Assembly: GCA_052390235.1 (NCBI GenBank)
Contig: JBQTHB010000006.1
Coordinates: 96,001-160,000, forward strand
Direction: 5' to 3'
Source of the DNA: Deltaproteobacteria bacterium
Lineage (GTDB): Bacteria > Desulfobacterota_D > UBA1144 > Nemesobacterales > CSP1-2
DNA length: 64,000 nt
The position numbers and the translations under genes are program-made. Each line of letters starts with the position of its first letter. The stretch's first letter is position 1. The notes under the pieces were generated by a model. That model had not been told where the DNA came from. It made no database searches and was given only the letters and a program-made list of their open reading frames with translations. Below are positions 38,603-48,642 of the stretch, one piece after another.

Positions 38603-40225
38603 ATGAAAAATTTTTGGAAAAGTGGAGACCCATTTGTTTGGCTCACCGGCGGGGCGCTGGTTTTAAGCCTCCTCATGATAGGGGCGCTCCTCATTGTAAT
38701 CATGGCGGCGGGGCTGGGATTTTTTTGGCCTTCGGATGTGGCGAGGGTCGCGCTCAAAGACGGCGAGGCGGCTATGGGGCAAATCCGAGCGAGGCAGGAA
38801 ATCCCGAACCCTGACGCAGCAGCGGGGGCGACTCTCCAGCGCAGAATCCAGATTCAAATTGGAAACCGCGATATTTACGGGCTCGATTTCAGATGGATTG
38901 ACGAGAGTGCGATACAAAAAATAGATTATCCCGAACAGATGATAGTGCTAGAGCGGCGCGAGTGGGGGAATTTCTACGGATTCATCAGAGAAATCCGAGA
39001 AGGAGAGGCCGCAAACATCCCCGGCGGCGGGGATGTTTGGGCGGCGTTTCTCGGCTATCTGCCAGAATCGGGGCGCATCTATTCGCAAATTAGAAAAATC
39101 GAGAAAGACGACATCGGCGAGATAAATTACAGAATCGAGTCCCTGCGGCTCGACATCCGAAAGCTCGAACTCAAGGGCGCGAAAAATTCCCCTGAGATTC
39201 AAGCGCTCGAATCCCGAATAGAGGCCGAGAAGAGTAAATACGCCGACAAAGAGGCAGAGCTTGCCGCCCTTTACGAGAAGCTCCGATCGAGAACGGTCTT
39301 GTTTGAAACCGTTGACGGAAACGAGAAGGAAATTGCCCTTGGCACAATCGTTAGGGCGTATCAGCCGAACTCCATGACGTGGTTCGATAAATCCGCCCTC
39401 TACATATCCAAAGTATGGGAATTCATAGCCGACGAGCCGAGGGAGTCGAACACCGAGGGCGGAGTGTTCCCCGCCATATTCGGCACAATCATGATGGTGC
39501 TTCTGATGAGTATCGCTGTGCTTCCCCTGGGGGTGCTTGCCGCGCTCTATTTACGGGAATATGCCAAGCAAGGGCCGCTTGTAAGGGCCGTGAGAATCTG
39601 CGTCAATAACCTCGCCGGCGTGCCTTCCATCGTATTCGGGGTGTTCGGGCTTGGATTTTTCATCTACACCATCGGCGGCTCGATTGACCAGGTGTTTTTT
39701 GCCGAATCCCTGCCCACGCCCACCTACGGCACAGGAGGGATTATTTGGGCATCTCTGACGCTCGCGCTTCTGACTGTGCCTGTGGTTATTGTCGCCACCG
39801 AGGAGGGGCTTGCCGCAGTGTCAAAGGAAATCAGACACGGCTCGCTTGCGCTTGGAGCGACAAAATTCGAGACCCTGTGGAAAGTGGTTGTCCCGAGCGC
39901 AATGCCGGGAATCCTGACCGGGCTTATTTTGGCTATCGCTAGGGCTACCGGAGAGGTCGCCCCGCTGATGATTACGGGGGTCGTAAAGCTCGCGCCGGCT
40001 CTCCCTATTGACGGCAACTTCCCGTTCATTCACCTTGAGCGCAAATTCATGCACCTGGGGTTTCACATCTACGACGTGGGGTTTCAATCACCCAACGTGG
40101 AAGCGGCAAAGCCTATGGTCTATACGACCGCGTTTTTGCTGATTCTGATAGTGGTCGCGCTGAACGTTACGGCGATAGCGGTGAGAAATAGACTCAGGAA
40201 AAAATACGCCACGTCGGTGTTTTAG
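38603..40225 (+). CDS. pstA: Phosphate ABC transporter permease PstA (long form)
   Basis: PRESNTEGGVFPAIFGT, NLAGVPSIVFG, ARATGEVAPL. Confidence 0.93.
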   Translation: MKNFWKSGDPFVWLTGGALVLSLLMIGALLIVIMAAGLGFFWPSDVARVALKDGEAAMGQIRARQEIPNPDAAAGATLQRRIQIQIGNRDIYGLDFRWIDESAIQKIDYPEQMIVLERREWGNFYGFIREIREGEAANIPGGGDVWAAFLGYLPESGRIYSQIRKIEKDDIGEINYRIESLRLDIRKLELKGAKNSPEIQALESRIEAEKSKYADKEAELAALYEKLRSRTVLFETVDGNEKEIALGTIVRAYQPNSMTWFDKSALYISKVWEFIADEPRESNTEGGVFPAIFGTIMMVLLMSIAVLPLGVLAALYLREYAKQGPLVRAVRICVNNLAGVPSIVFGVFGLGFFIYTIGGSIDQVFFAESLPTPTYGTGGIIWASLTLALLTVPVVIVATEEGLAAVSKEIRHGSLALGATKFETLWKVVVPSAMPGILTGLILAIARATGEVAPLMITGVVKLAPALPIDGNFPFIHLERKFMHLGFHIYDVGFQSPNVEAAKPMVYTTAFLLILIVVALNVTAIAVRNRLRKKYATSVF

Positions 40226-40272
40226 GGCTTGTCTAGGGATGGAGAATATTCGAGCTAAGGAGGTCAGCTGAA

Positions 40273-41142
40273 TTGAAATCTCAGAGTGGAAAAGCGGTTG
40301 ATTATAAAAACGAGGTAATATCAAACCCGAACACGGGCACATCCGACGCCGCGCCCGACAAGCAGGGGGTGCAAAAGATGAAATTTGAAAACCCTATCGT
40401 CGAGATTCAGAACATCACGCTTAAATACAGCGGCGCGCCGGCGCTTAATGATATCACCCTCGACATACCTAAAAATCAGGCGACGGCGTTTATAGGGCCG
40501 TCGGGATGCGGGAAATCCACACTGCTCAGATGCCTAAACCGCCTAAATGACCTCGTTGACGGCGTTACAGTCGAGGGGCAGATAAAAATAAACGGCACGG
40601 ACATCTACGCCCCAAGCAATGACATCACCGAGCTTAGAAAGAGGGTCGGCATGGTGTTTCAGAAATCCAATCCGTTTCCCAAATCCATCTATGACAACGT
40701 AGCTTATGGTCCGAGAATTGCGGGGATTCACAAACGCGCCGAGCTAGATGAAATTGTCGAGAAGAGCCTCAAAGGGGCGGCTCTGTGGGAAGAGGTCAAG
40801 GACAGACTCGCCGAAAGCGCCCTGGGAATATCCGGCGGACAGCAACAGAGGCTCTGCATCGCGCGCGCCATAGCAGTTGAGCCGGAGGTGCTTCTTATGG
40901 ACGAGCCTTGCTCGGCTCTCGACCCCATCGCCACGGGAAAGGTTGAGGAGCTAATAACGGAGCTTAAACTAAACTACACCATAGTTATCGTAACCCACAA
41001 TATGCAACAGGCGTCCCGCGTGTCCGACTATACGGCTTTTATGTACATAGGCAGGCTCGTCGAATACGACAAGACGGAGAAAATATTCCTGAACCCCTCG
41101 ATGAAACAGACCGAGGACTACATCACCGGGAGATTTGGCTAA
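40273..41142 (+). CDS. pstB: Phosphate ABC transporter ATP-binding protein
   Basis: [48 protein letters not shown] before TTG 40273. Confidence 0.96.
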   Translation: MKSQSGKAVDYKNEVISNPNTGTSDAAPDKQGVQKMKFENPIVEIQNITLKYSGAPALNDITLDIPKNQATAFIGPSGCGKSTLLRCLNRLNDLVDGVTVEGQIKINGTDIYAPSNDITELRKRVGMVFQKSNPFPKSIYDNVAYGPRIAGIHKRAELDEIVEKSLKGAALWEEVKDRLAESALGISGGQQQRLCIARAIAVEPEVLLMDEPCSALDPIATGKVEELITELKLNYTIVIVTHNMQQASRVSDYTAFMYIGRLVEYDKTEKIFLNPSMKQTEDYITGRFG

Positions 41143-41196
41143 GGCGCGCGGGGCCCAACTTTTGCCGGGCGCGGTCTTTATTTATAATGAACGGCT

Positions 41197-41616
41197 ATGG
41201 AGAATAGAGAAAAAAAGAGGGTTTTATTCATCTGCACGCATAACTCAGCCCGCTCGCAGATGGCCGAGGGACTCCTCAGAGCGATATTCGGCGCGAGATA
41301 CGAATCCCAGAGCGCGGGCACTGAGGCTAGAGGCGTAAACCCCTACGCCGTGAGGGCAATGGCTCGAATCGGGGTGGATATATCTTGGCATCGCTCAAAA
41401 ACCGTCGCTGAATTCGACGGCGAGCAGTTTGACTACGTCGTAACGGTGTGCGACCACGCCAGAGAGAATTGCCCGTACTATGCAGGAGGCAGGGCGCACC
41501 TGCATAGGGATTTTGACGACCCTTCGAGAGCCGAGGGCGAGGACGAGGTAAAATTAGCGGCGTTCGAGAGGGCCAGAGACGAAATCGAGGGGTGGATTCG
41601 CGAGACGTTCGGATAG
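41197..41616 (+). CDS. arsC: Thioredoxin-coupled arsenate reductase (LMW-PTP fold)
   Basis: FICTHNSARSQMAE P-loop, VTVCDHARENCP resolving cysteines, FDDPS. Confidence 0.9.
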   Translation: MENREKKRVLFICTHNSARSQMAEGLLRAIFGARYESQSAGTEARGVNPYAVRAMARIGVDISWHRSKTVAEFDGEQFDYVVTVCDHARENCPYYAGGRAHLHRDFDDPSRAEGEDEVKLAAFERARDEIEGWIRETFG

Positions 41617-41660
41617 CGCGTACACGGGAAATTTATCAAGCATCTCGGAGGGTATTTACA

Positions 41661-42365
41661 ATGAAAAAATTTGATGAAGAGCTGATACATCTCAAAAAAA
41701 CCCTGCTTCAAATGGCAACATCGGTCGAGGAGATGATGGCAAAAAGCGTAAAATCGCTCCGGGAGAGGAACATGATTCTCGCCGAAGAGGTCATAAAAAG
41801 CGACGACAGAGTCAATAAGATGGAGATTGAAATTGACAGCCTCTGCGTGAGGATATTGGGACTCTATCAGCCCGAAGCCGAGGATCTGCGCACGGTTACG
41901 ATGGTTATGAAGATAAACAACGACCTTGAGAGAATTGGAGACCACTCGGTCAATATCGCCGAAAGCGCCATTTATCTCGCCGATAAGCCCTTGGTAAAAC
42001 CCCTCATTGATATTCCAAGAATGGCTGAGAAAGCCGCCGAGATGCTCAGGGATAGCCTCGAGGCATTCGTCAGTAAAAACGTTGGGCTAGCCATCGAGGT
42101 CTGCAAAAGGGACGACGACGTTGACTCCCTAGAGGCGCAAATCATGAGAGAGCTTATAACCTACATGATAGCCGACCCAAGCACGATAGACCGCGCCCTT
42201 CATTTAATTCTCGTAAGCCGAGATTTAGAGCGCATCGCAGACCTCGCTACGAACATCGCCGAAGACGCTTTCTACATTGGCTCAGGTAAGGTACTCAAGC
42301 ACCACGCCTTTGAAGGCGAGCTGCTGCAGGGAAACTCCCAGGAAGCGCGGAAATCTCCCTCTTAG
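41661..42365 (+). CDS. phoU: Phosphate signalling complex protein PhoU
   Basis: QPEAEDLR, DLERIGDH, DDDVD, LERIADLATNIAE; ATG 41661 with GGAGG SD. Confidence 0.95.
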   Translation: MKKFDEELIHLKKTLLQMATSVEEMMAKSVKSLRERNMILAEEVIKSDDRVNKMEIEIDSLCVRILGLYQPEAEDLRTVTMVMKINNDLERIGDHSVNIAESAIYLADKPLVKPLIDIPRMAEKAAEMLRDSLEAFVSKNVGLAIEVCKRDDDVDSLEAQIMRELITYMIADPSTIDRALHLILVSRDLERIADLATNIAEDAFYIGSGKVLKHHAFEGELLQGNSQEARKSPS

Positions 42366-42480
42366 GAAGGGCAGTGCCGAGTGAGCGGGGGATAAAAAGG
42401 ATTCTCCCCCGCGCAAATAGAAAAGCGGGGTCGGTGTCCTCTCGACAGCCCCGCCCCTATAGGCAATAGATGTGGATAAT

Positions 42481-43362
42481 TCATTTTGAAGCTAAATTCG
42501 TATCTCCCTCGTAATCCCCGTCATCGGCAACTATGACGTTATTGGGAGCTTTCTTTGAACGCTCATAGTGAGATAGAGCCTCAGGCATCCATTTCTTTAA
42601 ATTGGCTATTCTCGTCCCTGAGCCGGGATGCGTTGAGAGGAATTGAGGGGGTCTGGGCTTATTTTTGGTAGCCGCCTCCATTCTCTCCCAGAACGCTACG
42701 GCATCCCTTGGGTCATAGCCCGCCTTCGCCATATAAATTAGACCTATTTTATCGGCTTCGGTCTCCTGATTGCGTCCGAAGGGGAGTATAACGCCGACAC
42801 CAACGCCGATGCCGAAAGCCTGCATCAGGGCGTTAACGGCATCCGGGTCCCTGTTCTTGAGCGCCAAGCTGAGTCCCACAGCCCCAAGCTGAGCCAAAAT
42901 CCCCGCCGAGACTCTCTCCGCCCCGTGATTTGCCGCAACGTGTCCAACCTCGTGGGCAAGCACCGTGGCAAGCCCGGCGTCGGTCTTGGCAATGGACAGA
43001 ATGCCCGTATATACGCCTATTTTGCCTCCGGGAAGGGCAAAGGCGTTTATTGTGTCGTCGCCGTCTATGACTTTATATTCCCAGTTATATTTCGGGGTTT
43101 CAGCCAGCGCCGTGATTCGAGACGCCACCCTTCTTACGGCTTCGTTGTATCTGGAATTACTCGATACCCTCTCTTTTTGGATTACCTCCTGAAAAGCCGT
43201 AGCCCCCATGAGGTCAGCCTGTTCACGAGGGATAATAATAAACTGGTTACGCCCTGTTACCGGAGCCTGATAGCAATTCACAAACGCAAGCGCTCCGGTC
43301 AGGAAAACAACCAAAGCGATGACAGATTTTAATATCCAAGCGGATTTTCGTGCTTTATTCAT
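42481..43362 (-). CDS. M48-family zinc metallopeptidase (probable lipoprotein)
   Basis: NAFALPGGKI, AHEVGH, ETEADKIG, FLSTHP. Confidence 0.92.
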   Translation of the reverse strand: MNKARKSAWILKSVIALVVFLTGALAFVNCYQAPVTGRNQFIIIPREQADLMGATAFQEVIQKERVSSNSRYNEAVRRVASRITALAETPKYNWEYKVIDGDDTINAFALPGGKIGVYTGILSIAKTDAGLATVLAHEVGHVAANHGAERVSAGILAQLGAVGLSLALKNRDPDAVNALMQAFGIGVGVGVILPFGRNQETEADKIGLIYMAKAGYDPRDAVAFWERMEAATKNKPRPPQFLSTHPGSGTRIANLKKWMPEALSHYERSKKAPNNVIVADDGDYEGDTNLASK

Positions 43363-43465
43363 CCTAGAGCCACCGTCCTTGAGGATTTATTTCCACAGCG
43401 CCGCAGCGTGCTTTGAACATAAACTGCACGAGCCGAATTTAAGTTTCAACCCCGTATATCCGAGC

Positions 43466-45001
43466 CTAAAAAATTCTCCGCACCGTTATTTGATGAGACG
43501 CCGTATTGCCCGATGAATCCGTAGCCACGGCTCTTATCGTGTGCAATCCGATGGACGGATTCCAAGTGGTCGCGTAAGGGGCTGAGGCATCTGTTGCAAG
43601 CAATTTGCCGTTGACAGAGAACTCAACCCTAGCCACAGAGATGTTATCCGAAGCTGCTGCGGAAATGGTCTTGGCTCTGCCGCCGGTAAAACTCGAACCC
43701 CCAGCGGGCTGAGTTATCGTTACCGCGGGAGGGGTCAGGTCCACAACAGGCTCTGGGGTAGGCGTAGGCGTGGGGTCAGGGACGCTATCAATGGCATCAT
43801 CCGAGCCTCCCCCCGCCGCTTCAATCGCGGTGAGGGCGTTGACCCTTCCTGCGCCGAAGAGGGAGTCAAACCCCTGAGAGCCGATGTCGTCGGCTGTGTC
43901 TCGGATGAGCTTGGCGAGGGCGGCATTGGACAGAGAGGGGCTGTGAGACCAGATAAGACCGGCGAGTCCCGCGGTAATAGGAGCGGAAAAGGACGTTCCG
44001 CTTACGGTAATGTAGGAGGAATTTCTCCAAGTGGTTCTAATCGAGACTCCGGGGGCGGCGATGTCAACGAAATTTCCGAATGTCGAGAAAGAGGCGAGAC
44101 CATCCCCCGAATCCGTCGCCGAGACTGCAAGCACGTTCGCCCTTGCCGCAGGGCAGTGAACAGAGTTATCTCCGCTATTTCCCGCCGCCGCAATGATTAG
44201 CGCTCCGCTTGCCCATGCGTCATTTAAGGCGTTCTGCTCGCTCGAAGAGCTGCTGCACGAGCCGCCAAGACTCAGATTTATTATCACCCGCTTGCTGGGA
44301 TTGGCCCGGGCGTAATCCGCCACATAGCTTATCCCCTCAATAATATCAAAGAGCGTCCCAGAGCCGCCGTCGCTTAAAACCTTTACCGGAAGCACAGAGC
44401 ATCCCCAGCAGACCCCTGCGACTCCTATCGAGTTATTGGTCTTTGCGGCGGCAGAGCCGGCTACGCCCGTTCCATGACCATTCGCATCGCTGGTGTTTGT
44501 GTTTGAAGATGAGCCTACGAAATTTCTCCCCGTAAGCCCCTTACCGCTTAGGTCGGGATGATTCGACTGCACTCCAGTATCCAGAACGGCGATGACAACC
44601 GAGGGATTGCCGGTTTCGATATTCCACGCCTGCGTAGCTTGAATTCTCGCATGATGGTACTGAGCGCCAAAATTCGGGTCATTCGGGGTCAAGAGAGCCT
44701 CGCGCAGATAATTTCTCTCCACAAATTCCACGTTTGGACTGCGCCCAAGCCTCTCCTCCAGAGCGTCGAGAAGAAGCCCGTTTGGAATTTGAACCAAAAT
44801 GAGGTTATACCTAGCAACTGCCCCCAAGAGCGAGAGCCGGTTTTGCAGGAGCATAGCGCGCAAATCCGATTCGCCAGTGCGGGGTTTTAATTTAATAATT
44901 AGCTGCCCCTCAGCAAAATCCCTTTCGGCAGACGAGCTAGGAGAGACGAAACCGGTAACGACAAGCGCGGTAATAAATAAAAAGAGAGCAGATTTCCTCA
45001 A
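43466..45001 (-). CDS. Secreted S8 subtilase (thermitase-like) with C-terminal Ig-like domain
   Basis: AVLDTG, GHGT, AAAGN, SGTSFSAP triad; Pro/Thr linker then Ig-like domain. TTG 45001 with GGAGGT SD. Confidence 0.92.
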   Translation of the reverse strand: MRKSALFLFITALVVTGFVSPSSSAERDFAEGQLIIKLKPRTGESDLRAMLLQNRLSLLGAVARYNLILVQIPNGLLLDALEERLGRSPNVEFVERNYLREALLTPNDPNFGAQYHHARIQATQAWNIETGNPSVVIAVLDTGVQSNHPDLSGKGLTGRNFVGSSSNTNTSDANGHGTGVAGSAAAKTNNSIGVAGVCWGCSVLPVKVLSDGGSGTLFDIIEGISYVADYARANPSKRVIINLSLGGSCSSSSSEQNALNDAWASGALIIAAAGNSGDNSVHCPAARANVLAVSATDSGDGLASFSTFGNFVDIAAPGVSIRTTWRNSSYITVSGTSFSAPITAGLAGLIWSHSPSLSNAALAKLIRDTADDIGSQGFDSLFGAGRVNALTAIEAAGGGSDDAIDSVPDPTPTPTPEPVVDLTPPAVTITQPAGGSSFTGGRAKTISAAASDNISVARVEFSVNGKLLATDASAPYATTWNPSIGLHTIRAVATDSSGNTASHQITVRRIF

Positions 45002-45213
45002 TTGACTAAACCTCCCAAAATTAAGGGTATCAAAGGGGGTTATCCCCACCCCACCTTGTGTACTGCGCCCCCCTCGGAAGATACGGACTACAACCTAAAT
45101 ATTACGAATGTAGGGGCAGTTTGCAAGCCTGAATTTATTGGGGGGGGCAGAGACGCAATTATTAGCAGAGCGGGGGAAATTTTTATGAAGCCGCCTGCCG
45201 CTGTAGAGGCAAT

Positions 45214-46734
45214 TTATAAATTTAGCTCTGCGAGTTGGCATCCTTGCTCGGAAATCGAGATAATCCTGCCATCGCCGATGAAGACGGAGGTGAAATTGCA
45301 CACCGCCCCGCTAGTCCACTCCACGGCGATGTTTACCTGCGTGAGAGAGCCTATGCCGAAATGGAGCGGGAGCATATCCTGCTCGCAGCACCCCTTCCCG
45401 CCCGACACTGACCGTATCTGGCTTCCGGCAGACGTGGTAATTTGAACCCTTGAGCCGATGGCAGATGCGTTTGTGGCATCGCCGTCGCCAACCAATTTCA
45501 CGATGACGTAGTTATTGGAGTTGCCGCCGTTATCGGCAAGCGCCTCGCCTAAATGCCCGTTTAGGAATGCGTCCATGAATCCGTCGTTGTTGTAATCCCC
45601 CCAAGGCGCGGCGAAGACATCCATCGGGGAGTCAATATCGGCTTCGGGGGCAACGTCTTCAAATTCGCCTCCGCCGAGGTTTCTAAAGAGCCTCGATGGG
45701 TTTAAGTGGTTCGTCGTAAAGAGGTCAACCCTTCCATCGGCATCAAAATCCACCCAAGCGCAGGTTCTGCCGTCGCCTACGTCGGCGGTGCCGGTCTGAG
45801 CGGTAACGTCGGTGAAAGCGCCGTCGCCGTCGTTTCTATAAAGGGCGTTTCTCACGGGAGTGTTGTCGAATATATTTACGACGTAGAGGTCAAGCAAGCC
45901 ATCTGCGTTATAATCTCCGACGCATGAGGCAACTGAGTTCCAGCCGGAATCCCCGCCCAAGCCGGATGTTGCCGTAGCGTTGGTAAACGTGCCGTCGCCA
46001 TCGCCGAGGTAAAACACGTTAATACCGTTGTTTGCCAAGAACAGGTCCTCAGAGCCGTCATTGTCGGCATCGAACCAAATGGCGGCGTTGGATTGGAAGG
46101 ACTGCCCAATACCGCTCAATGCGGATACCTCATCAAAGGTCTCGTTCCCGTTGTTTAGATATAGAAGCGACTCGCCCAAGTTGGATTGGAAGAGGTCAAG
46201 CAAACCATCGCCGTCGAAGTCAACCCAAAGGGTGTGGCTCACGATACCGAACTCCGTCAGCCCAGCCTCGTCGGATATTTCATCGAAAACGCCGCCTCCC
46301 ATGTTTCTATAGAGCATCAGAGAGTTTTCAGCCAGAGTCGTGCCGATGATTAAATCGAGAAGCCCGTCGTTGTTGAAATCCCCCCAAGAGGCGCTTCTAA
46401 GGGGCATATCGGCGATGCCTGATGCGGCGGTTACGTCGGTGAAAGCCCCGCTACAATTATTCCTGAATAGAAACACGTTTACGGAGGAAGAAGAGTCGGC
46501 ATTGCCTACGATTAAATCCTGGCAGTTGTCATTATTAAAATCCCCCCAAGAGGCGGTCTGGCCAAGTATCCCGACGTCGCCTATCATTGCGCCGGGTATG
46601 ACGTTCGTGAACGAGGGAATCTCGACTGAGCCGCCACCGTCCCCATCGCCGTCTGGATTGCTGAATTCAATATCCACGCATGAAGCGAGCAGGAGAAATG
46701 TCAATAAAATGAAAAAATGGCGCGCCGATGTCAA
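45214..46734 (-). CDS. FG-GAP repeat / CRTAC1-family lipoprotein with ASPIC-UnbV C-terminal domain
   Basis: Lipobox LASC; seven DxxxDGxxD-type repeats; NASAIGSRV...LHFGIG...VEW. Confidence 0.88.
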   Translation of the reverse strand: MTSARHFFILLTFLLLASCVDIEFSNPDGDGDGGGSVEIPSFTNVIPGAMIGDVGILGQTASWGDFNNDNCQDLIVGNADSSSSVNVFLFRNNCSGAFTDVTAASGIADMPLRSASWGDFNNDGLLDLIIGTTLAENSLMLYRNMGGGVFDEISDEAGLTEFGIVSHTLWVDFDGDGLLDLFQSNLGESLLYLNNGNETFDEVSALSGIGQSFQSNAAIWFDADNDGSEDLFLANNGINVFYLGDGDGTFTNATATSGLGGDSGWNSVASCVGDYNADGLLDLYVVNIFDNTPVRNALYRNDGDGAFTDVTAQTGTADVGDGRTCAWVDFDADGRVDLFTTNHLNPSRLFRNLGGGEFEDVAPEADIDSPMDVFAAPWGDYNNDGFMDAFLNGHLGEALADNGGNSNNYVIVKLVGDGDATNASAIGSRVQITTSAGSQIRSVSGGKGCCEQDMLPLHFGIGSLTQVNIAVEWTSGAVCNFTSVFIGDGRIISISEQGCQLAELNL

Positions 46735-46739
46735 TTTGG

Positions 46740-48395
46740 TTAACCCTTTTTTAGATTTTTTACGAGTAAATCCGCCGCCCTGAGACTCAGCGCCTCTATC
46801 GTGAGCGAGGGGGCGTCGCCGCCGCCGGAGGACGGGAAAACGCTTGCGTCCGTTACGAAGAGGTTGGCTATCTCGTGGCTTCTGAGGTCTTGTCCGACGA
46901 CGGATTTCGCTGGGTCTTTGCCCATGCGGCAGGTGCCGAACACGTGGGTCGGGGCAAAGAAATCGTAGGTCGAGAACTCCTCGACTATCTCCCCCGCGCC
47001 AGAGGCTTTGAGAATTTCTTTGGAGGTTTTCGCCATGAAATCGAGCAGTTTAATCTCGGACTCCGCGTTAAAAGACTGAATCTTGGCAAGGGGCGCGCCA
47101 AACTCGTCTTTTTCCTTGTCGCTGACCGTAACGAATGTGTCTTTATTTGGCAGAAATTCGGCTATTCCCCCGATGGCTACGGCATGACCGAACCACTTAT
47201 TTATATCGGCGACAAATTCATCCCCCCAGCCTTTGGAGTAGCGAAGGGCGTAATTAAGCGGCCCCGTCGCGCTTCCAACCGTGGGGAAGAGCCTGAGTCC
47301 GCCTTTTAAGCCCGATTTTTTATCCTTCGGCTCGTTCCACTTCCACACCACGCTGTCAATTGGGATTCCCCTGTAGGAGTCAACCCTCTCAGGGTGAAAA
47401 GCCACGGCCTGATAGAAAACCGTCTCCATAAAATTGCGCCCAACCGCTCCTTCGCCCTTTATGCCGGAGTTCAGAAGCAGCCTTGGGGTCTCAATGGCTC
47501 CGCAGGCGACGGCTATAAAATCGGCTTCGGCAAAGCTCTCTTTCCCGCTTTTATCAAAATAGTAAACCCCGCGGGCTTTTTGCCCCGTCGGTTTTTTTTC
47601 TACCTCGATTCTCCTGGCAAAAGCCCCTGTCAGAATCTCGCACTTGCCGGTTTTCTCCAGAAGCGGGATAAACGTAACGTCAACGCTCCCTTTGTCCTTT
47701 CTCGGACACCCCCAGGTGCATCCATTACAGTAGTTGCAGGGGGGGGTACCGCGATAAGGGGCAGACAGAATAGCCACTGTATTCGGGGTGAGAGACAGTC
47801 CGAGCTTTTTGCATCCCCTTTGAATCACCTGACTGGCGTAGCTGAGCTTATGAGCCGGAAGCGGATAGGGAGCGGCGCGTGGGCGATTTGGAAGCGCGCC
47901 TTCGGGTCCCGCCACGCCTAGTATTTTCTCAACCTCGGTGTAATAAGGCTCAAGGTCTCCGTAGCCGATGGGCCAATCCTCGGCGACGCCAAAGAGGGAT
48001 TTCATGCGGAATGCGCTTTGGCTCAGGCGATGAGCCTCGCCTTGGAAGTGGAGAGTGGCGCCTCCCAAGCCGGATACGTGCTGATAGGCGGCGTATTTTC
48101 TGGTCTTTTGGTTGTTAAATTTACCCGAAGCCTTGTTCCAAGATTTTAGATGCTCGAATTTATCGTCGAGCGGCTGAGCCTCGCCATAGACTTGGCGAAT
48201 GGAACTGGAATGGGGAAATGTCTTTAGCTCCCAGTCGTTTTGAGAGAGCGGATAATCCCTATAGGGGTCAAAGCGGCCTCCCGCTTCGAGAAGGAGAACG
48301 TCCATGCCCCGGGATGCGAGCCTCCATGCGAAGGGGGCGCCCCCGGGTCCCGAGCCTATAACTACGCAGTCATATTTCTTTTTTTTCTGAGCCAT
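46740..48395 (-). CDS. GMC-family FAD oxidoreductase (dehydrogenase large subunit)
   Basis: IGSGPGG, GLGGATLH, CNYCNGCTWGC Fe-S motif, ETPRLLLNS, HVFGTCRMG, DASVFPS; no export signal. Confidence 0.92.
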   Translation of the reverse strand: MAQKKKKYDCVVIGSGPGGAPFAWRLASRGMDVLLLEAGGRFDPYRDYPLSQNDWELKTFPHSSSIRQVYGEAQPLDDKFEHLKSWNKASGKFNNQKTRKYAAYQHVSGLGGATLHFQGEAHRLSQSAFRMKSLFGVAEDWPIGYGDLEPYYTEVEKILGVAGPEGALPNRPRAAPYPLPAHKLSYASQVIQRGCKKLGLSLTPNTVAILSAPYRGTPPCNYCNGCTWGCPRKDKGSVDVTFIPLLEKTGKCEILTGAFARRIEVEKKPTGQKARGVYYFDKSGKESFAEADFIAVACGAIETPRLLLNSGIKGEGAVGRNFMETVFYQAVAFHPERVDSYRGIPIDSVVWKWNEPKDKKSGLKGGLRLFPTVGSATGPLNYALRYSKGWGDEFVADINKWFGHAVAIGGIAEFLPNKDTFVTVSDKEKDEFGAPLAKIQSFNAESEIKLLDFMAKTSKEILKASGAGEIVEEFSTYDFFAPTHVFGTCRMGKDPAKSVVGQDLRSHEIANLFVTDASVFPSSGGGDAPSLTIEALSLRAADLLVKNLKKG

Positions 48396-48642
48396 TTTTG
48401 AACCGTCGTAATATAATGGAACTATTATACAGTGTCAATTTCGTGGTTTCTCGCCTTTTTTGCTATCGGCTACTTAAAATTACAAATGCGCTTTCTTAAG
48501 ATGCCACCGCTTTTGCCGCTCATGGTGAGATACTAGCTCGGAGTCGGAAGCGGGATGGGGGCAACTTTAAATTTCTTGAATTCGCCGAATTACTCAGTTA
48601 CATTTTTGCCAGCTAACGATATTTTTCGGAGGAATTAACATT

